64,000 nucleotides of DNA, taken from an uncultured Gammaproteobacteria bacterium (lineage in GTDB: Bacteria; Pseudomonadota; Gammaproteobacteria; DRLM01). This document shows, piece by piece, positions 22,092-33,410 of the stretch. The stretch's first letter is position 1, and every line of letters starts with the position of its first letter. The position numbers and the translations under genes were made by a program. The notes below the pieces were generated by a model that saw only the letters and a list, made by a program, of their open reading frames with translations, searched no databases and was not told where the DNA came from. The stretch lies in the NCBI GenBank assembly GCA_963729605.1, contig CAVSNY010000004.1:32001-96000 (forward strand), read 5' to 3'.

Positions 22092-22296
22092 ACATAGACG
22101 GAGATTTTTCAGTACCGGACGGACGAGGGGTGATGGCGTCGATGAGTGTTGTCGCCACATTATCATGGCCGGCACTTTGATGGCGTCTTGGGTGTTCGTG
22201 GTGCGCCTCGTGATGAAATTATCGATGTCGGCCACGTATACTATCGGCCACCTATTTCCGAACATTGAGTGCGTACGCCGCTCGCCCGGGTAATCC

Positions 22297-24255
22297 ATGA
22301 TCAGTCCCGTTGACATACTCGGCGCCGACGGCCCGCTCGCCCGCCACCTGCCCGGCTTCGCGCCGCGCGCGCCGCAGCAGGCCATGGCGGAGGCGGTGGC
22401 CGCCGCGCTGGCGCGCGCCGAGGTGCTGGTGACCGAGGCCGGCACCGGCACCGGCAAGACCTTCGCTTATCTGGTGCCGGCGCTGTTGTTCAATAACAAG
22501 GTCATCATCTCCACCGGCACCAAACATCTCCAGGATCAATTGTTCCATCGCGACCTGCCCGTGCTGCGCGACGCGCTCAAGCTGCCGGTGAACGCGGCCC
22601 TGCTCAAGGGACGCGCCAACTATCTCTGCCCACATCGTCTCGATATGGCGGTGAGCGACGGCCGTTTGCCCACCCGCGCCGACGTGGCGGATCTAACCAA
22701 GGTCAACCGCTGGGCGGGCCGCACCCGCCGCGGCGACATCGCCGAGGTGGACGACATCGCCGAAGACGCGGCGATCTGGCCGTGGGTCACGTCCACCGCC
22801 GACAATTGCCTGGGCCAGGAGTGTCCGCGTCTTTCCGAGTGTTTCGTACTCAAGGCGCGCCGCGCCGCGCAGGAGGCCGATCTGGTGGTGGTCAATCATC
22901 ATCTGCTGCTGGCCGACATGGCGCTCAAGGAAGAAGGCTTCGGCGAACTCTTGCCCGGCGCCGCCGCCTTCATCATCGACGAGGCCCATCAATTGCCTGA
23001 GGTGGCCCTGCAATTTTTCGGCACCACCGTCAGCAGCCGGCAACTCACCGAGTTGAGTCGCGACGTGGTCACCGAACACGCGCGCGAGGCCGGCGACATG
23101 CCGGATTTATTGCGCGCCGCTGACGTGTTGGAGCACGCCGTCGCCGACACCCGCATCGCGCTGGGTCCCACCAGCCGCCGCGCGGCCTGGCACGAGGCGG
23201 CGGCGCAGGCGGCGGTGACCACGGCCTTGGCGGCGGTTGAAACGGCGCTGGCCCGTCTGCAAGATTTATTGCGCGAGGCCGCGGTGCGCGGCGCGGGACT
23301 CAATCAATGTTGGCAGCGCAGCGTCGCCATGGCCGAGCGTCTCGCCGTTTTCAACGACGCGGAACAAAGCGATCACGTGCAGTGGTTCGAGACCTACACC
23401 CGCAGTTTTTCCCTGCACCTCACGCCGTTCGAAGTGGGCGGGACTTTTCAAAATCAGATGAGCCGCTTCAAGGCGGCCTGGATATTTACCTCGGCGACCT
23501 TGGCGGTGGGCGACGATTTCAGCCATTTCCGTGCGCACCTTGGTTTAAATGAGGCGCACACCGCGCGCTGGGACAGCCCATTCGATTATCAGCGCAACGC
23601 CTTGCTCTATCTGCCGCCGCGTATGCCGCTGCCCGCCGCGCCCGAATACACCGCGGCGGTGATTACGGCGGCCTTGCCGGTGTTGCAGGCCAGCGGCGGG
23701 CGGGCGTTTCTGCTCTTCACCAGTCATCGCGCCCTGCAAGAAGCGGCGCAGCGTTTGCGCGACGTGCTGCCTTACCCGTTGCTGGTGCAGGGCACGGCGC
23801 CGCGCCGGGATTTGCTGCACCGTTTTCGCGAATTGGGCAACGCGGTGTTATTGGGCACCAGCAGTTTTTGGGAAGGGGTGGACGTGCGCGGCGAGGCCCT
23901 GTCGGTGGTGATCATCGACAAGCTGCCCTTCGCTTCGCCGGGTGATCCGGTCTTGCAGGCGCGGCTGGACGCGTTGCGCCGCCGCGGCGGTGAGCCGTTT
24001 CACGACGCGCAATTGCCGCAGGCGGTGATCACCTTGAAACAAGGCGTGGGCCGCTTGATCCGCGCTGTGGATGATCGCGGCGTGTTGATGTTGTGCGATC
24101 CGCGTCTGTTGTCGAAGTCCTACGGCAAGGTGTTTCTCGACAGCCTGCCCGCCATGCGGCGCACGCGGGCGCTGGCCGATGTGCAAGCCTTCTTCGCCGA
24201 GGAAGACGCGCCGAGTCGGGACGGCGATCCGCGCCGCGCGGAGGATATCCAATGA
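22297..24255 (+). CDS. yoaA: ATP-dependent DNA helicase, YoaA/DinG family
   Basis: EAGTGTGKT, KGRANYLC, DEAH, FWEGVD, KQGVGRLIR; upstream of tsaB. Confidence 0.92.
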   Translation: MISPVDILGADGPLARHLPGFAPRAPQQAMAEAVAAALARAEVLVTEAGTGTGKTFAYLVPALLFNNKVIISTGTKHLQDQLFHRDLPVLRDALKLPVNAALLKGRANYLCPHRLDMAVSDGRLPTRADVADLTKVNRWAGRTRRGDIAEVDDIAEDAAIWPWVTSTADNCLGQECPRLSECFVLKARRAAQEADLVVVNHHLLLADMALKEEGFGELLPGAAAFIIDEAHQLPEVALQFFGTTVSSRQLTELSRDVVTEHAREAGDMPDLLRAADVLEHAVADTRIALGPTSRRAAWHEAAAQAAVTTALAAVETALARLQDLLREAAVRGAGLNQCWQRSVAMAERLAVFNDAEQSDHVQWFETYTRSFSLHLTPFEVGGTFQNQMSRFKAAWIFTSATLAVGDDFSHFRAHLGLNEAHTARWDSPFDYQRNALLYLPPRMPLPAAPEYTAAVITAALPVLQASGGRAFLLFTSHRALQEAAQRLRDVLPYPLLVQGTAPRRDLLHRFRELGNAVLLGTSSFWEGVDVRGEALSVVIIDKLPFASPGDPVLQARLDALRRRGGEPFHDAQLPQAVITLKQGVGRLIRAVDDRGVLMLCDPRLLSKSYGKVFLDSLPAMRRTRALADVQAFFAEEDAPSRDGDPRRAEDIQ

Positions 24256-24932
24256 AATTGCTGGCCATCGAAACCGCCACCGAGGCCTGTTCCGCCGCGT
24301 TGTATCTCGACGGCGCGCTCAGCGAACGTTATGTATTGGCGCCGCGCGAACACGCGCGTTTGATTTTGCCGATGGTGGATGAGCTGCTGCGGGAAGCCGA
24401 TCTCTCGCCGGGCGCTTTGGATGCGGTGGCCTTCGGCCGCGGGCCCGGCGCCTTCACCGGCCTGCGCATCGCCGCGGGGGTGGCGCAGGGCATCGCCTTC
24501 GGCGCCGACCTGCCGGTGGTGGCGGTGTCGTCGCTGGCGGCGCTGGCGCAAGGCCTGTGCCGCCAGCGCGGCGCGGCGCGGGTGTTGGCGGCCGTCGATG
24601 CGCGCATCGGCGAAGTGTACTGGGGAATCTATGAGGCGGACGCGGCTCGCCTGATGGTGTCGCGCGGTGAAGAACAAGTGATCTTGCCGGGCGAAGTTGC
24701 ATTGCCCGAGGGCGGAGGCTGGCATGGCGCCGGCTCGGCTTGGGAGGTCTACGGCGATATTTTGCGGGCGCGTTTGTCCGGACGGCTTGCGGAGATCGAC
24801 GCGGCGCGTCACCCGCGCGCGCACGACGTCGCGTTGTTGGCGGCGGCCGCCTATCGCCGCGGCGAAGCGGTGAGCGCCGAGCTGGCGGCGCCGGTGTATC
24901 TGCGCGACGACGTGGCGGTGAAGTCCGCGTAA
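24252..24932 (+). CDS. tsaB: tRNA threonylcarbamoyladenosine biosynthesis protein TsaB
   Basis: LAIETATEACS, GRGPGAFTGLRI, DARIGEVY, PVYLRD. Confidence 0.95.
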   Translation: MKLLAIETATEACSAALYLDGALSERYVLAPREHARLILPMVDELLREADLSPGALDAVAFGRGPGAFTGLRIAAGVAQGIAFGADLPVVAVSSLAALAQGLCRQRGAARVLAAVDARIGEVYWGIYEADAARLMVSRGEEQVILPGEVALPEGGGWHGAGSAWEVYGDILRARLSGRLAEIDAARHPRAHDVALLAAAAYRRGEAVSAELAAPVYLRDDVAVKSA

Positions 24933-24976
24933 CAGATGTGCCGCGCTGAGAGCGGTCGATGACAAGGAGTGACGCG

Positions 24977-25264
24977 ATGAACGTGAAGGCGCGAATTGAA
25001 ATCGAATTTTGCACGCAATGCCGCTGGCTGTTGCGGGCGGCGTGGATGGCGCAGGAGTTGTTGCTGACCTTCACCGAGGAATTGCGCGAAGTGGCCTTGG
25101 TGCCGGGTACCGGCGGTATTTTCGAGGTGCGCGTCGACGGTGAAGCGTTGTGGTCGCGGCGCGTCGAGGGGCGCTTTCCCGATATCAAGGAATTGAAACA
25201 GCGGGTGCGCGACCGCGTCGCGCCGGAAAAATCCCTCGGCCATTCCGATCACGCCGGTGAATGA
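24977..25264 (+). CDS. SelT/SelW/SelH (Rdx) family protein, Cys form
   Basis: CTQCRWLLRAAWMAQELL, GTGGIFEV. Confidence 0.9.
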   Translation: MNVKARIEIEFCTQCRWLLRAAWMAQELLLTFTEELREVALVPGTGGIFEVRVDGEALWSRRVEGRFPDIKELKQRVRDRVAPEKSLGHSDHAGE

Positions 25265-25402
25265 ATCGGTTTCGCACCCTGCTCGGCGGGTAGTGTGACG
25301 GACCGCCGGTGAGGATCTGTTAGTCGGATTGGAAGTTTAGAGTTTTACTCCGCGGGCCGATAAGGGTGAGGGCGGTAAGTCGCCAAGCGAGGCTGCGCAA
25401 TC

Positions 25403-25909
25403 ATGAATGTCGCGTTTATCAATCCCTTTCTCGAATCGTTGCTGAATGTTTTAAGCACCATGGCGCAGGTCGAAGCCAAGGTGGGCCGGCCCATGATAAA
25501 AAAGGATGATGTGGCGAGCGGCGATGTGACCGGTGTGATCGGCATGGCCAGCGCGAAGGTCAGAGGGTCCTTGGCGATCACCTTTTCCGAAGCGGCGATC
25601 CTGGACATCGGTAAGCGCATGTTGGGCGAGGAGAGTAATGGCATCGACGCCACGGTAACGGATCTGGTGGGCGAAATTACCAACATGGTCACCGGCGGCG
25701 CCAAGCGCATCCTCGTCGAGCAAGGCTACGATTTCGACCTTGCTATTCCCGCCGTCGTGGCGGGCGCGAATCACAAGGTGATCCATAAATCCCGCGGGCC
25801 CAAGGTGATCGTGCCGTTTAGCATAGCCTCAGGCGACTTCTTCGTGGAAATATGTTTTGAAGAGATAGCGGCGAAAGTGGTGACGGCGCATCAATTTCCC
25901 AAACTATAA
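25403..25909 (+). CDS. cheX: Chemotaxis phosphatase CheX
   Basis: FINPFL, GDVTGVIGM, GEITNMVTGGAK. Confidence 0.9.
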   Translation: MNVAFINPFLESLLNVLSTMAQVEAKVGRPMIKKDDVASGDVTGVIGMASAKVRGSLAITFSEAAILDIGKRMLGEESNGIDATVTDLVGEITNMVTGGAKRILVEQGYDFDLAIPAVVAGANHKVIHKSRGPKVIVPFSIASGDFFVEICFEEIAAKVVTAHQFPKL

Positions 25910-26172
25910 AATCGCCGTGTCATGACACCCGCCGGTTTTTGCCGGCCAAACTCAAGTCTCCGCCGATCGCATCCCGCTCAACTTGCGTTACTTCCAACCT
26001 TTATTGAATTGACGGCCTCGATAATGAGGACGCTGGCGAAATAAATCCAGCGGGTTCCCCGGAGACGCCGGTGGACGCAGGCCGTGATTGACCACGATGA
26101 TGTCTTCCGCGCCGGCGTGCAGGCTTGATTTGGCTTACAATGGCCGTCGCGAGTTTTTCAATCGGTGCATCC

Positions 26173-26940
26173 ATGGCCATCCCCGACACCCCCCTCCGCA
26201 TTTTGCAATTGACCGACACCCATCTCGCCGCCGACCCGGCCGCGACGCTGATGGGTGTGAATGTACTGGCGTCGCTGCGGCGGGTGGTGGCGGCCGCGCG
26301 CCGCGACGGGGAAAAATTCGATGCGGTGATCGCCACCGGCGACCTGGTGCACGACGAATCCGCCGCGGGTTATCAATTGTTGGCGGACACCCTCGCCGAG
26401 TTGAACGCGCCGGTGTATTGCCTGCCGGGCAATCACGACGACCCGGTGCTGATGCGCGAGGCCTTGAGCGGCAGCGCCGCGCATTACGTGGATCACTGGG
26501 TGGCGGACCGCTGGTTGTTGTTGTTCCTCAATACCGCGCAGGCCGGGCAGGTGGCGGGTTATTTGCCCGCGACGGAGTTGGCGCGGGTGCGCGAAAGTCT
26601 GCGGCGCCGGCCCGGGCATTTCGTGTTGTTATGTCTCCATCATCCGCCGGTGGCGATCGGCAGTCCGTGGCTGGACGCCATCGGATTGCAAAACGGCGCC
26701 GAGCTGCTCGAGCTGGTGGCCGCGCATCCCCGGGTGCGCGGCGTGGTGTGGGGCCACACCCATCAGGAATACGAGGGCGAATGGCGGGGGGCGCGGCTGC
26801 TCGGCGCGCCGTCCACCTGCGTGCAGTTCCTGCCCGGCGCCGCGCACTGCGCGGCCGATACCCGTCCGGCGGGTTACCGCTGGTTGGACCTGTATGACGA
26901 TGGGCGCATCGACAGCGGCGTGCGGCGGCTGGCGCTGTGA
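26173..26940 (+). CDS. cpdA: CpdA/Icc-like metallophosphoesterase (cAMP phosphodiesterase)
   Basis: TDTH, TGDL, PGNHD, HHPP, GHTH, PSTCVQF. Confidence 0.85.
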   Translation: MAIPDTPLRILQLTDTHLAADPAATLMGVNVLASLRRVVAAARRDGEKFDAVIATGDLVHDESAAGYQLLADTLAELNAPVYCLPGNHDDPVLMREALSGSAAHYVDHWVADRWLLLFLNTAQAGQVAGYLPATELARVRESLRRRPGHFVLLCLHHPPVAIGSPWLDAIGLQNGAELLELVAAHPRVRGVVWGHTHQEYEGEWRGARLLGAPSTCVQFLPGAAHCAADTRPAGYRWLDLYDDGRIDSGVRRLAL

Positions 26941-26982
26941 TAAACTGCCCGGCCTATTTGAAGGCGGCGATGAGGTGAGGCG

Positions 26983-27429
26983 ATGAAATCACGGGGCATC
27001 AACCGGCTGGGCATGGCGTTGCTGATAGTCGCGCCGCTGTCGGCCGCGGCGGAACTCAACATGGTGGAAGGCCATTGGGAGACCATCGTGCAAATCCAGA
27101 TCAAAGGCGGCAACTTCCCCATTCCGGCCATCAAATCCAGCCGCTGTCTCACGCGCAACGACCCTATCCCCAACGCGCAATCCAATATGCGCTGCCAGAT
27201 CAGCGACCGCGCCGTGGTGGGCAACGACGTGAGCTGGCGTGTGCAATGCAGCGACGAGCAGGCCTCCATGGAAGGCACCGGCAAGGTGACTTATGCCGGC
27301 GAAAGCTTCAAGGGCGGCATGGATATGCGGGTGAGCAAAGTCGGCGGCGAAGAAAGCATGGAGATCAAATACACCCTGCGCGGCAACCGGGTGCGCGCCT
27401 GCGATGCCGCGCCGGCCAAGCCGAAATGA
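26983..27429 (+). CDS. DUF3617-like exported protein
   Basis: Signal peptide, GHWET, four spaced Cys, C-terminal GxRVxxC. Confidence 0.8.
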   Translation: MKSRGINRLGMALLIVAPLSAAAELNMVEGHWETIVQIQIKGGNFPIPAIKSSRCLTRNDPIPNAQSNMRCQISDRAVVGNDVSWRVQCSDEQASMEGTGKVTYAGESFKGGMDMRVSKVGGEESMEIKYTLRGNRVRACDAAPAKPK

Positions 27430-27453
27430 CGCGGCGGCGCGTTTGTCCTCCAA

Positions 27454-27599
27454 GGTAGCTCTGATAATTCCATCCTGCATGTTTAGAGCGCGGCAAGCGA
27501 AAAGGTGATTCGCTTTCCTTCATGTCCAATGGCTGACCGCCGTTGGGCATGGCGGCACATCCGTGTGCCGCGGCAACAGCTGAATAAATTAAAGGCTCC
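27454..27599 (-). mobile_element. MITE-like element A (reverse orientation)
   Basis: GGTAGCTCTGATAATTCCATCCTG ... GCGGCACATCCGTGTGCCGC ... GAATAAATTAAAGGCTCC. Confidence 0.8.
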
Positions 27600-27709
27600 C
27601 TGGGTATTTCCCGGCGTTCGGCACCATGATACGGCGCGGTCGATCGGCCGGCCGTCCATGCAAGGTGGGATTCGAAATCATCGCGGCCGGGTGAGCGAAG
27701 GCCGGGTTT

Positions 27710-28252
27710 TCAAGCTTGCTGCCAAATCATCATCTCCACCTCGACGCTGGTGATGTCATCGGCCAGCCACAGCTGTTTATCTTGAACGGTGCAATTGAGC
27801 CGCATGGTGCGTTGCGCCAGTTTTTCGAGGGCCGTGGTGGCGGCGCGCGGCAGATTGATCACGGTCAGATTGTTAAAACGCTCCAATTGAAGACGGATCT
27901 TTTCCCACCACAGTTCGGCGCCGTGTCCCCCGTAGCTGTAAACGAACACCTGCCGGGCGCGGCCGCAGGCCTTGCGGATGCGTTTTTCGTCCGGTAGCCC
28001 CAGCTCTATCCAGGTGTCGATGGCGCCGGTCAAATCCATTTGCCAAAGGTCGGGTTCGTCCTGGCTGCTGATGCCCTTGGTGAAGGCGAGATCGGGATGG
28101 GCGTGGCGGGCGAAGGCCAGCACCCGCACCATCAGCCGTTCGTCGGTTTCCGAGGGGTGACGGGCGAGGGTGAGCGCATGGGCCTGATAATAATGCCGGT
28201 CCATGTCGGCGATTTGCAGCTCGGCTTTGAAGATGGTTGCTTTGAGGGCCAT
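27710..28252 (-). CDS. yaeQ: YaeQ family protein
   Basis: MALKATIFKA, ARHPSETDERLMVR, DEPDLW. Confidence 0.92.
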   Translation of the reverse strand: MALKATIFKAELQIADMDRHYYQAHALTLARHPSETDERLMVRVLAFARHAHPDLAFTKGISSQDEPDLWQMDLTGAIDTWIELGLPDEKRIRKACGRARQVFVYSYGGHGAELWWEKIRLQLERFNNLTVINLPRAATTALEKLAQRTMRLNCTVQDKQLWLADDITSVEVEMMIWQQA

Positions 28253-28316
28253 GCGGTTTCTTAATCCGTTGAGCGATGGAAAATCAGGCCGCGCCGCGGC
28301 CGTGTTCACGGCCCTT

Positions 28317-30107
<1,791 letters not shown>

Positions 30108-30293
30108 GCATGGACCTGTGGTTGAAGATGCCCCGGGGATACGGCGGTGGGGCGGCGCACAATAGCGGGGGATTATACGCTATCCCGTTGGGTTTTTCGG
30201 CAGGCCATGCCGGGCGGAGGAGGCTGTTTTATCCGGTGGGCGGCTCGGTTATGCTGAGGGCGCATGTTTAACTTTAAACAAAAGGAGCGTTCC

Positions 30294-30683
30294 ATGTCGC
30301 CCAAAAAGACTCCGAGCGGCGCCGACCGGTTGAACACCATCGTGGCCGATGCCCAGCGCAATCGGGAGCAGCGGGAGCGGGACTACCGGGAGCAGGCGCT
30401 CAAACTTTATCCGTGGATATGCGGGCGCTGCAGCCGGGAATTCTCCCGGGACAATCTGCGCGAACTGACGGTCCATCACAAAGACCACAATCACGACCAT
30501 AATCCCCCCGACGGCAGCAACTGGGAACTGCTGTGTGTTTATTGCCACGACAATGAACACGCGCGCTTGACCGAGGCCGCCCGTCAGGGCGGCGGGCCGA
30601 CGGCGCCGGCGGGGCGCGACGGACCGCGCGCCACCCATAATCCCTTCGCCGGGCTCAAGGATATGTTGAAGGATAAAAAATAG
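30294..30683 (+). CDS. yajD: YajD family HNH nuclease
   Basis: YREQALKLYPWICGRC, TVHHKDHNH, NWELLCVYCHDNEH. Confidence 0.88.
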   Translation: MSPKKTPSGADRLNTIVADAQRNREQRERDYREQALKLYPWICGRCSREFSRDNLRELTVHHKDHNHDHNPPDGSNWELLCVYCHDNEHARLTEAARQGGGPTAPAGRDGPRATHNPFAGLKDMLKDKK

Positions 30684-30809
30684 CGGTGCGGTTTGCGGTG
30701 CCGGATGCGGAAACTTATTCGAAACCCCGCGGCTTGTTGCGAGGGTTTTGGCGATGGGGTTTCAAAGGCGATCCAATTTGACTTGGGGCCGCCTTCAGCC
30801 TGGCGACGG

Positions 30810-31079
30810 ATGACGGACATGACAGCCTGGTACGTTTATATGGTGCGTTGCGCCGATGACAGCCTCTACACCGGGGTCGCGACCGATATCGCGGCCCGCG
30901 TCGCCACGCACAACGCGGGCAAGGGCGCGAAATACACGCGGGGACGGCGGCCGGTGATCTTGATTTACCAAGAGCCGCAGCAAGACCGCGGCGCGGCGCT
31001 GCGGCGCGAACGTGCGATCAAACGGCTGCGGCCGGCGGCGAAATTGCGGCTCGTCGAATCGAGCGGCGAGGCGGGATGA
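30810..31079 (+). CDS. GIY-YIG nuclease family protein (UPF0213)
   Basis: WYVYMVRCADDSLYTG, HNAGKGAKYTRGR. Confidence 0.9.
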   Translation: MTDMTAWYVYMVRCADDSLYTGVATDIAARVATHNAGKGAKYTRGRRPVILIYQEPQQDRGAALRRERAIKRLRPAAKLRLVESSGEAG

Positions 31080-31104
31080 TGCCGCCGGCCGCGGTGCAAC
31101 GCCG

Positions 31105-31701
31105 ATGACGCGGCATGAATTTCCTCCCGGCCCGGATCAGCACATCAGTGAGGCATTCTTCGCCGCGGTGGCGCGCGAGTTGGAACGCCATCCCGCCGGG
31201 GTGAGGGAATACGACTTGCTGACGGCCTTGCGCGCGGAGGGTTATTTTTCCTTCATGGGTCCCTCGCCGGTGCCGCCCCATGACTTGTTTTGCGCGCATT
31301 TTCTCTTGTTTCACGCCTTGTATCGCCTGGATGAGCGCGCCCCTCGCGGGCAAGAGGCGCGGCTCGAGATCGGTCCGCTCGAGATCCGCTGGTTGCCCCA
31401 TGACGCCGCCGAAGGGACGCCGGTGCGGCCGGACCCTTTGCGTGCGTATTATCTCGATCTCGCCAATCTGCGGACGACCACGGCACGCGACGTGGATGAA
31501 CTGCTGGACTCGTTTTGGCTGCGCCTGCAAAACCGCGATCGGCGCGCCGAGGCGCTGGCGCGGCTGGGTTTGGCGGATCCGGTGGATGACGCCGCCATCA
31601 AACGGGCCTACCGGCGTTTGGCGATGGAACATCATCCCGACCGCGGGGGCGACACGGCAAACTTGCAGGCCATCAATGCCGCGCTGGCGGTGTTGCTGTA
31701 A
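31105..31701 (+). CDS. DNA-J related domain protein (C-terminal J-domain)
   Basis: LFCAHFLLFHALYRL, LRAYYLD, YRRLAMEHHPDRGG. Confidence 0.88.
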   Translation: MTRHEFPPGPDQHISEAFFAAVARELERHPAGVREYDLLTALRAEGYFSFMGPSPVPPHDLFCAHFLLFHALYRLDERAPRGQEARLEIGPLEIRWLPHDAAEGTPVRPDPLRAYYLDLANLRTTTARDVDELLDSFWLRLQNRDRRAEALARLGLADPVDDAAIKRAYRRLAMEHHPDRGGDTANLQAINAALAVLL

Positions 31702-31919
31702 TGTAAAAAACGCGGCCGGGGATGGGCCTTCTCGGTTCAGCGGATACCGGCCTCGCCGCCAGCGATTTTTCGCGGGATATTCGCCGAATGTGTGAATAAT
31801 ACCGTTTGCTTTCTCCGCTTATTCCTCCGTGTTATGGTGATGGCGCGTGGTGGTCCGAGACCGCCTATTGACGGTATAGGCAGCGGCCGTGTCCACCCCA
31901 TGGCAGAGGGGGTTTCGCT

Positions 31920-32102
31920 ATGGCAAGGCAGGCTTGGATACATCTGTTCGGCTGGGTGGAGCGACAGCTGATGCGCCGCCGGGATGGCCGCGGTCCCCTT
32001 CATCTTAATTCCATTCTTGCGACCGAGGCCCGTGTACTTCGCCGTCGCTTATCCGTCGAGCCTTGCCGTACCTGCGCGGCGTACGGGACACGGCGGGGGT
32101 GA
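31920..32102 (+). CDS. Small hypothetical protein (60 aa)
   Basis: GAGGGGG RBS; TGATG coupling to the next ORF. Confidence 0.4.
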   Translation: MARQAWIHLFGWVERQLMRRRDGRGPLHLNSILATEARVLRRRLSVEPCRTCAAYGTRRG

Positions 32103-32416
32103 TGGCCATGTCATCGGGTAAATCACTCGCGCGATTCATGTTGATTCTGGTCCTGCTGCCGCCTTGCCTGGCGCAGGCGGGCCATGGCGATCCCCTTCCG
32201 AAAACCGACTTGGTCACCCATGAAACGGGCCAGCAGCGCGGCGTGCAGCGCGGCATCGCGGTCACCGGCGGTTGCGTCGGCGGCGCCGTGCTCGGTACGG
32301 TGATTCCGATTTTTGGAAATTTGGTCGGTTGCGCGGCGGGGGGATTGGCGGGCTGGTGGTTCAGCCGGCGGCAAGGCCCGGACGGAACGGCGCCCCAGGT
32401 CCAAGCCGCGCATTAG
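32102..32416 (+). CDS. Exported glycine-zipper protein
   Basis: Signal peptide ending AQA; GGCVGGAVLGTVIPIFGNLVGCAAGGLAGWW. Confidence 0.65.
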   Translation: MAMSSGKSLARFMLILVLLPPCLAQAGHGDPLPKTDLVTHETGQQRGVQRGIAVTGGCVGGAVLGTVIPIFGNLVGCAAGGLAGWWFSRRQGPDGTAPQVQAAH

Positions 32417-32447
32417 CGGGACGCGCCTCCGTATTCCTGCATGACCA

Positions 32448-33255
32448 ATGAACATCAGCACCCGCATCACCGAATACAGCATCACCGGCGGTTTATTGTG
32501 GGTGAATGTTTTTTTGTTCGCCACCCTGCTGAATCTTCAATTGAGCGGACAGACGATCAGCCCGGACCACGCCATGCGCCTGTGGGGCGATTGGATCCGC
32601 GCCATGACGCCGCTCACTCAGTCTTTGGCCGGTCTGTCGCCTTCCTTGCAAGGTTCGATCGGCGCGCTGCTCGCCGCGCTGGCGATCGTCGTCATCTTTT
32701 TCTCGGGCATCCTGCTCGATCTGCTCAGTCCCATGTTCTTCATCTCGTTCGAGATGCTGTTCTTTCAAAAATGGCTGATTTCCAAGAACCGTCCCTGGCT
32801 GGACCGCTTGATCGCCGACAACCGCGATTTTATCGAGGAAGATTATCATTGTTTCATCAATACCAAGGCCTTCAACTGGCGGCGCCCGCTGGCATGGTTC
32901 GAGCGGCGGCGTTGCTACAATAAATTATGGACGTTTTTACTTTCCCACATCATGGTCTTCTCCAATGCCGCCGGCTTGGATGAATTGATGGATCGCGTGC
33001 ATCTGTGGCGTACCAGCCGCGCCATTTCCACTTCCATGGTGGTGCTGGGCTGCCTGATGAATTTCACGCCCTTGGTCCATGCGCCCTTCGAGCACGATGC
33101 CACGTTGAATATCGCGCTCACCGCCGTGGGCGTCCCGCTGGTATTGTTCGCCGTCTCGGCGTTGATTACCCTCGGGCACCTATTCACGCATGTGTGTGGT
33201 GTTGTGCGCGCTGGCCTATGCCACGGTCAAAAAGCGCGCCAGCGAGGGCGGCTGA
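32448..33255 (+). CDS. Multi-pass membrane protein; probable +1 indel near 33175
   Basis: About 4 hydrophobic segments; removing one G from CTCGGGCACC gives LGTYSRMCVVLCALAYATVKKRASEGG*. Confidence 0.65.
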
Positions 33256-33410
33256 CGCCGGGCGGAGTTCGATCCCGGCCCGGGGTCGCCCGGCACCGGG
33301 GGTTTCGTACGGTGAGGGCCTGGGTCAGGGCGGGACGGGGGCAGAGCGTCGGCGGGCGCTTTTCGTTATAATGCACGCCTCTTTCAGTCCAGCCGCATGG
33401 GATACTTGTT

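Noticed and set aside
24977-25264. Selenoprotein
   Set aside because: The motif is CTQC with no in-frame TGA
27664-27676. tRNA T-arm-like fragment (reverse complement TTCGAATCCCACC)
   Set aside because: No cloverleaf or acceptor stem, and no integrase or att partner
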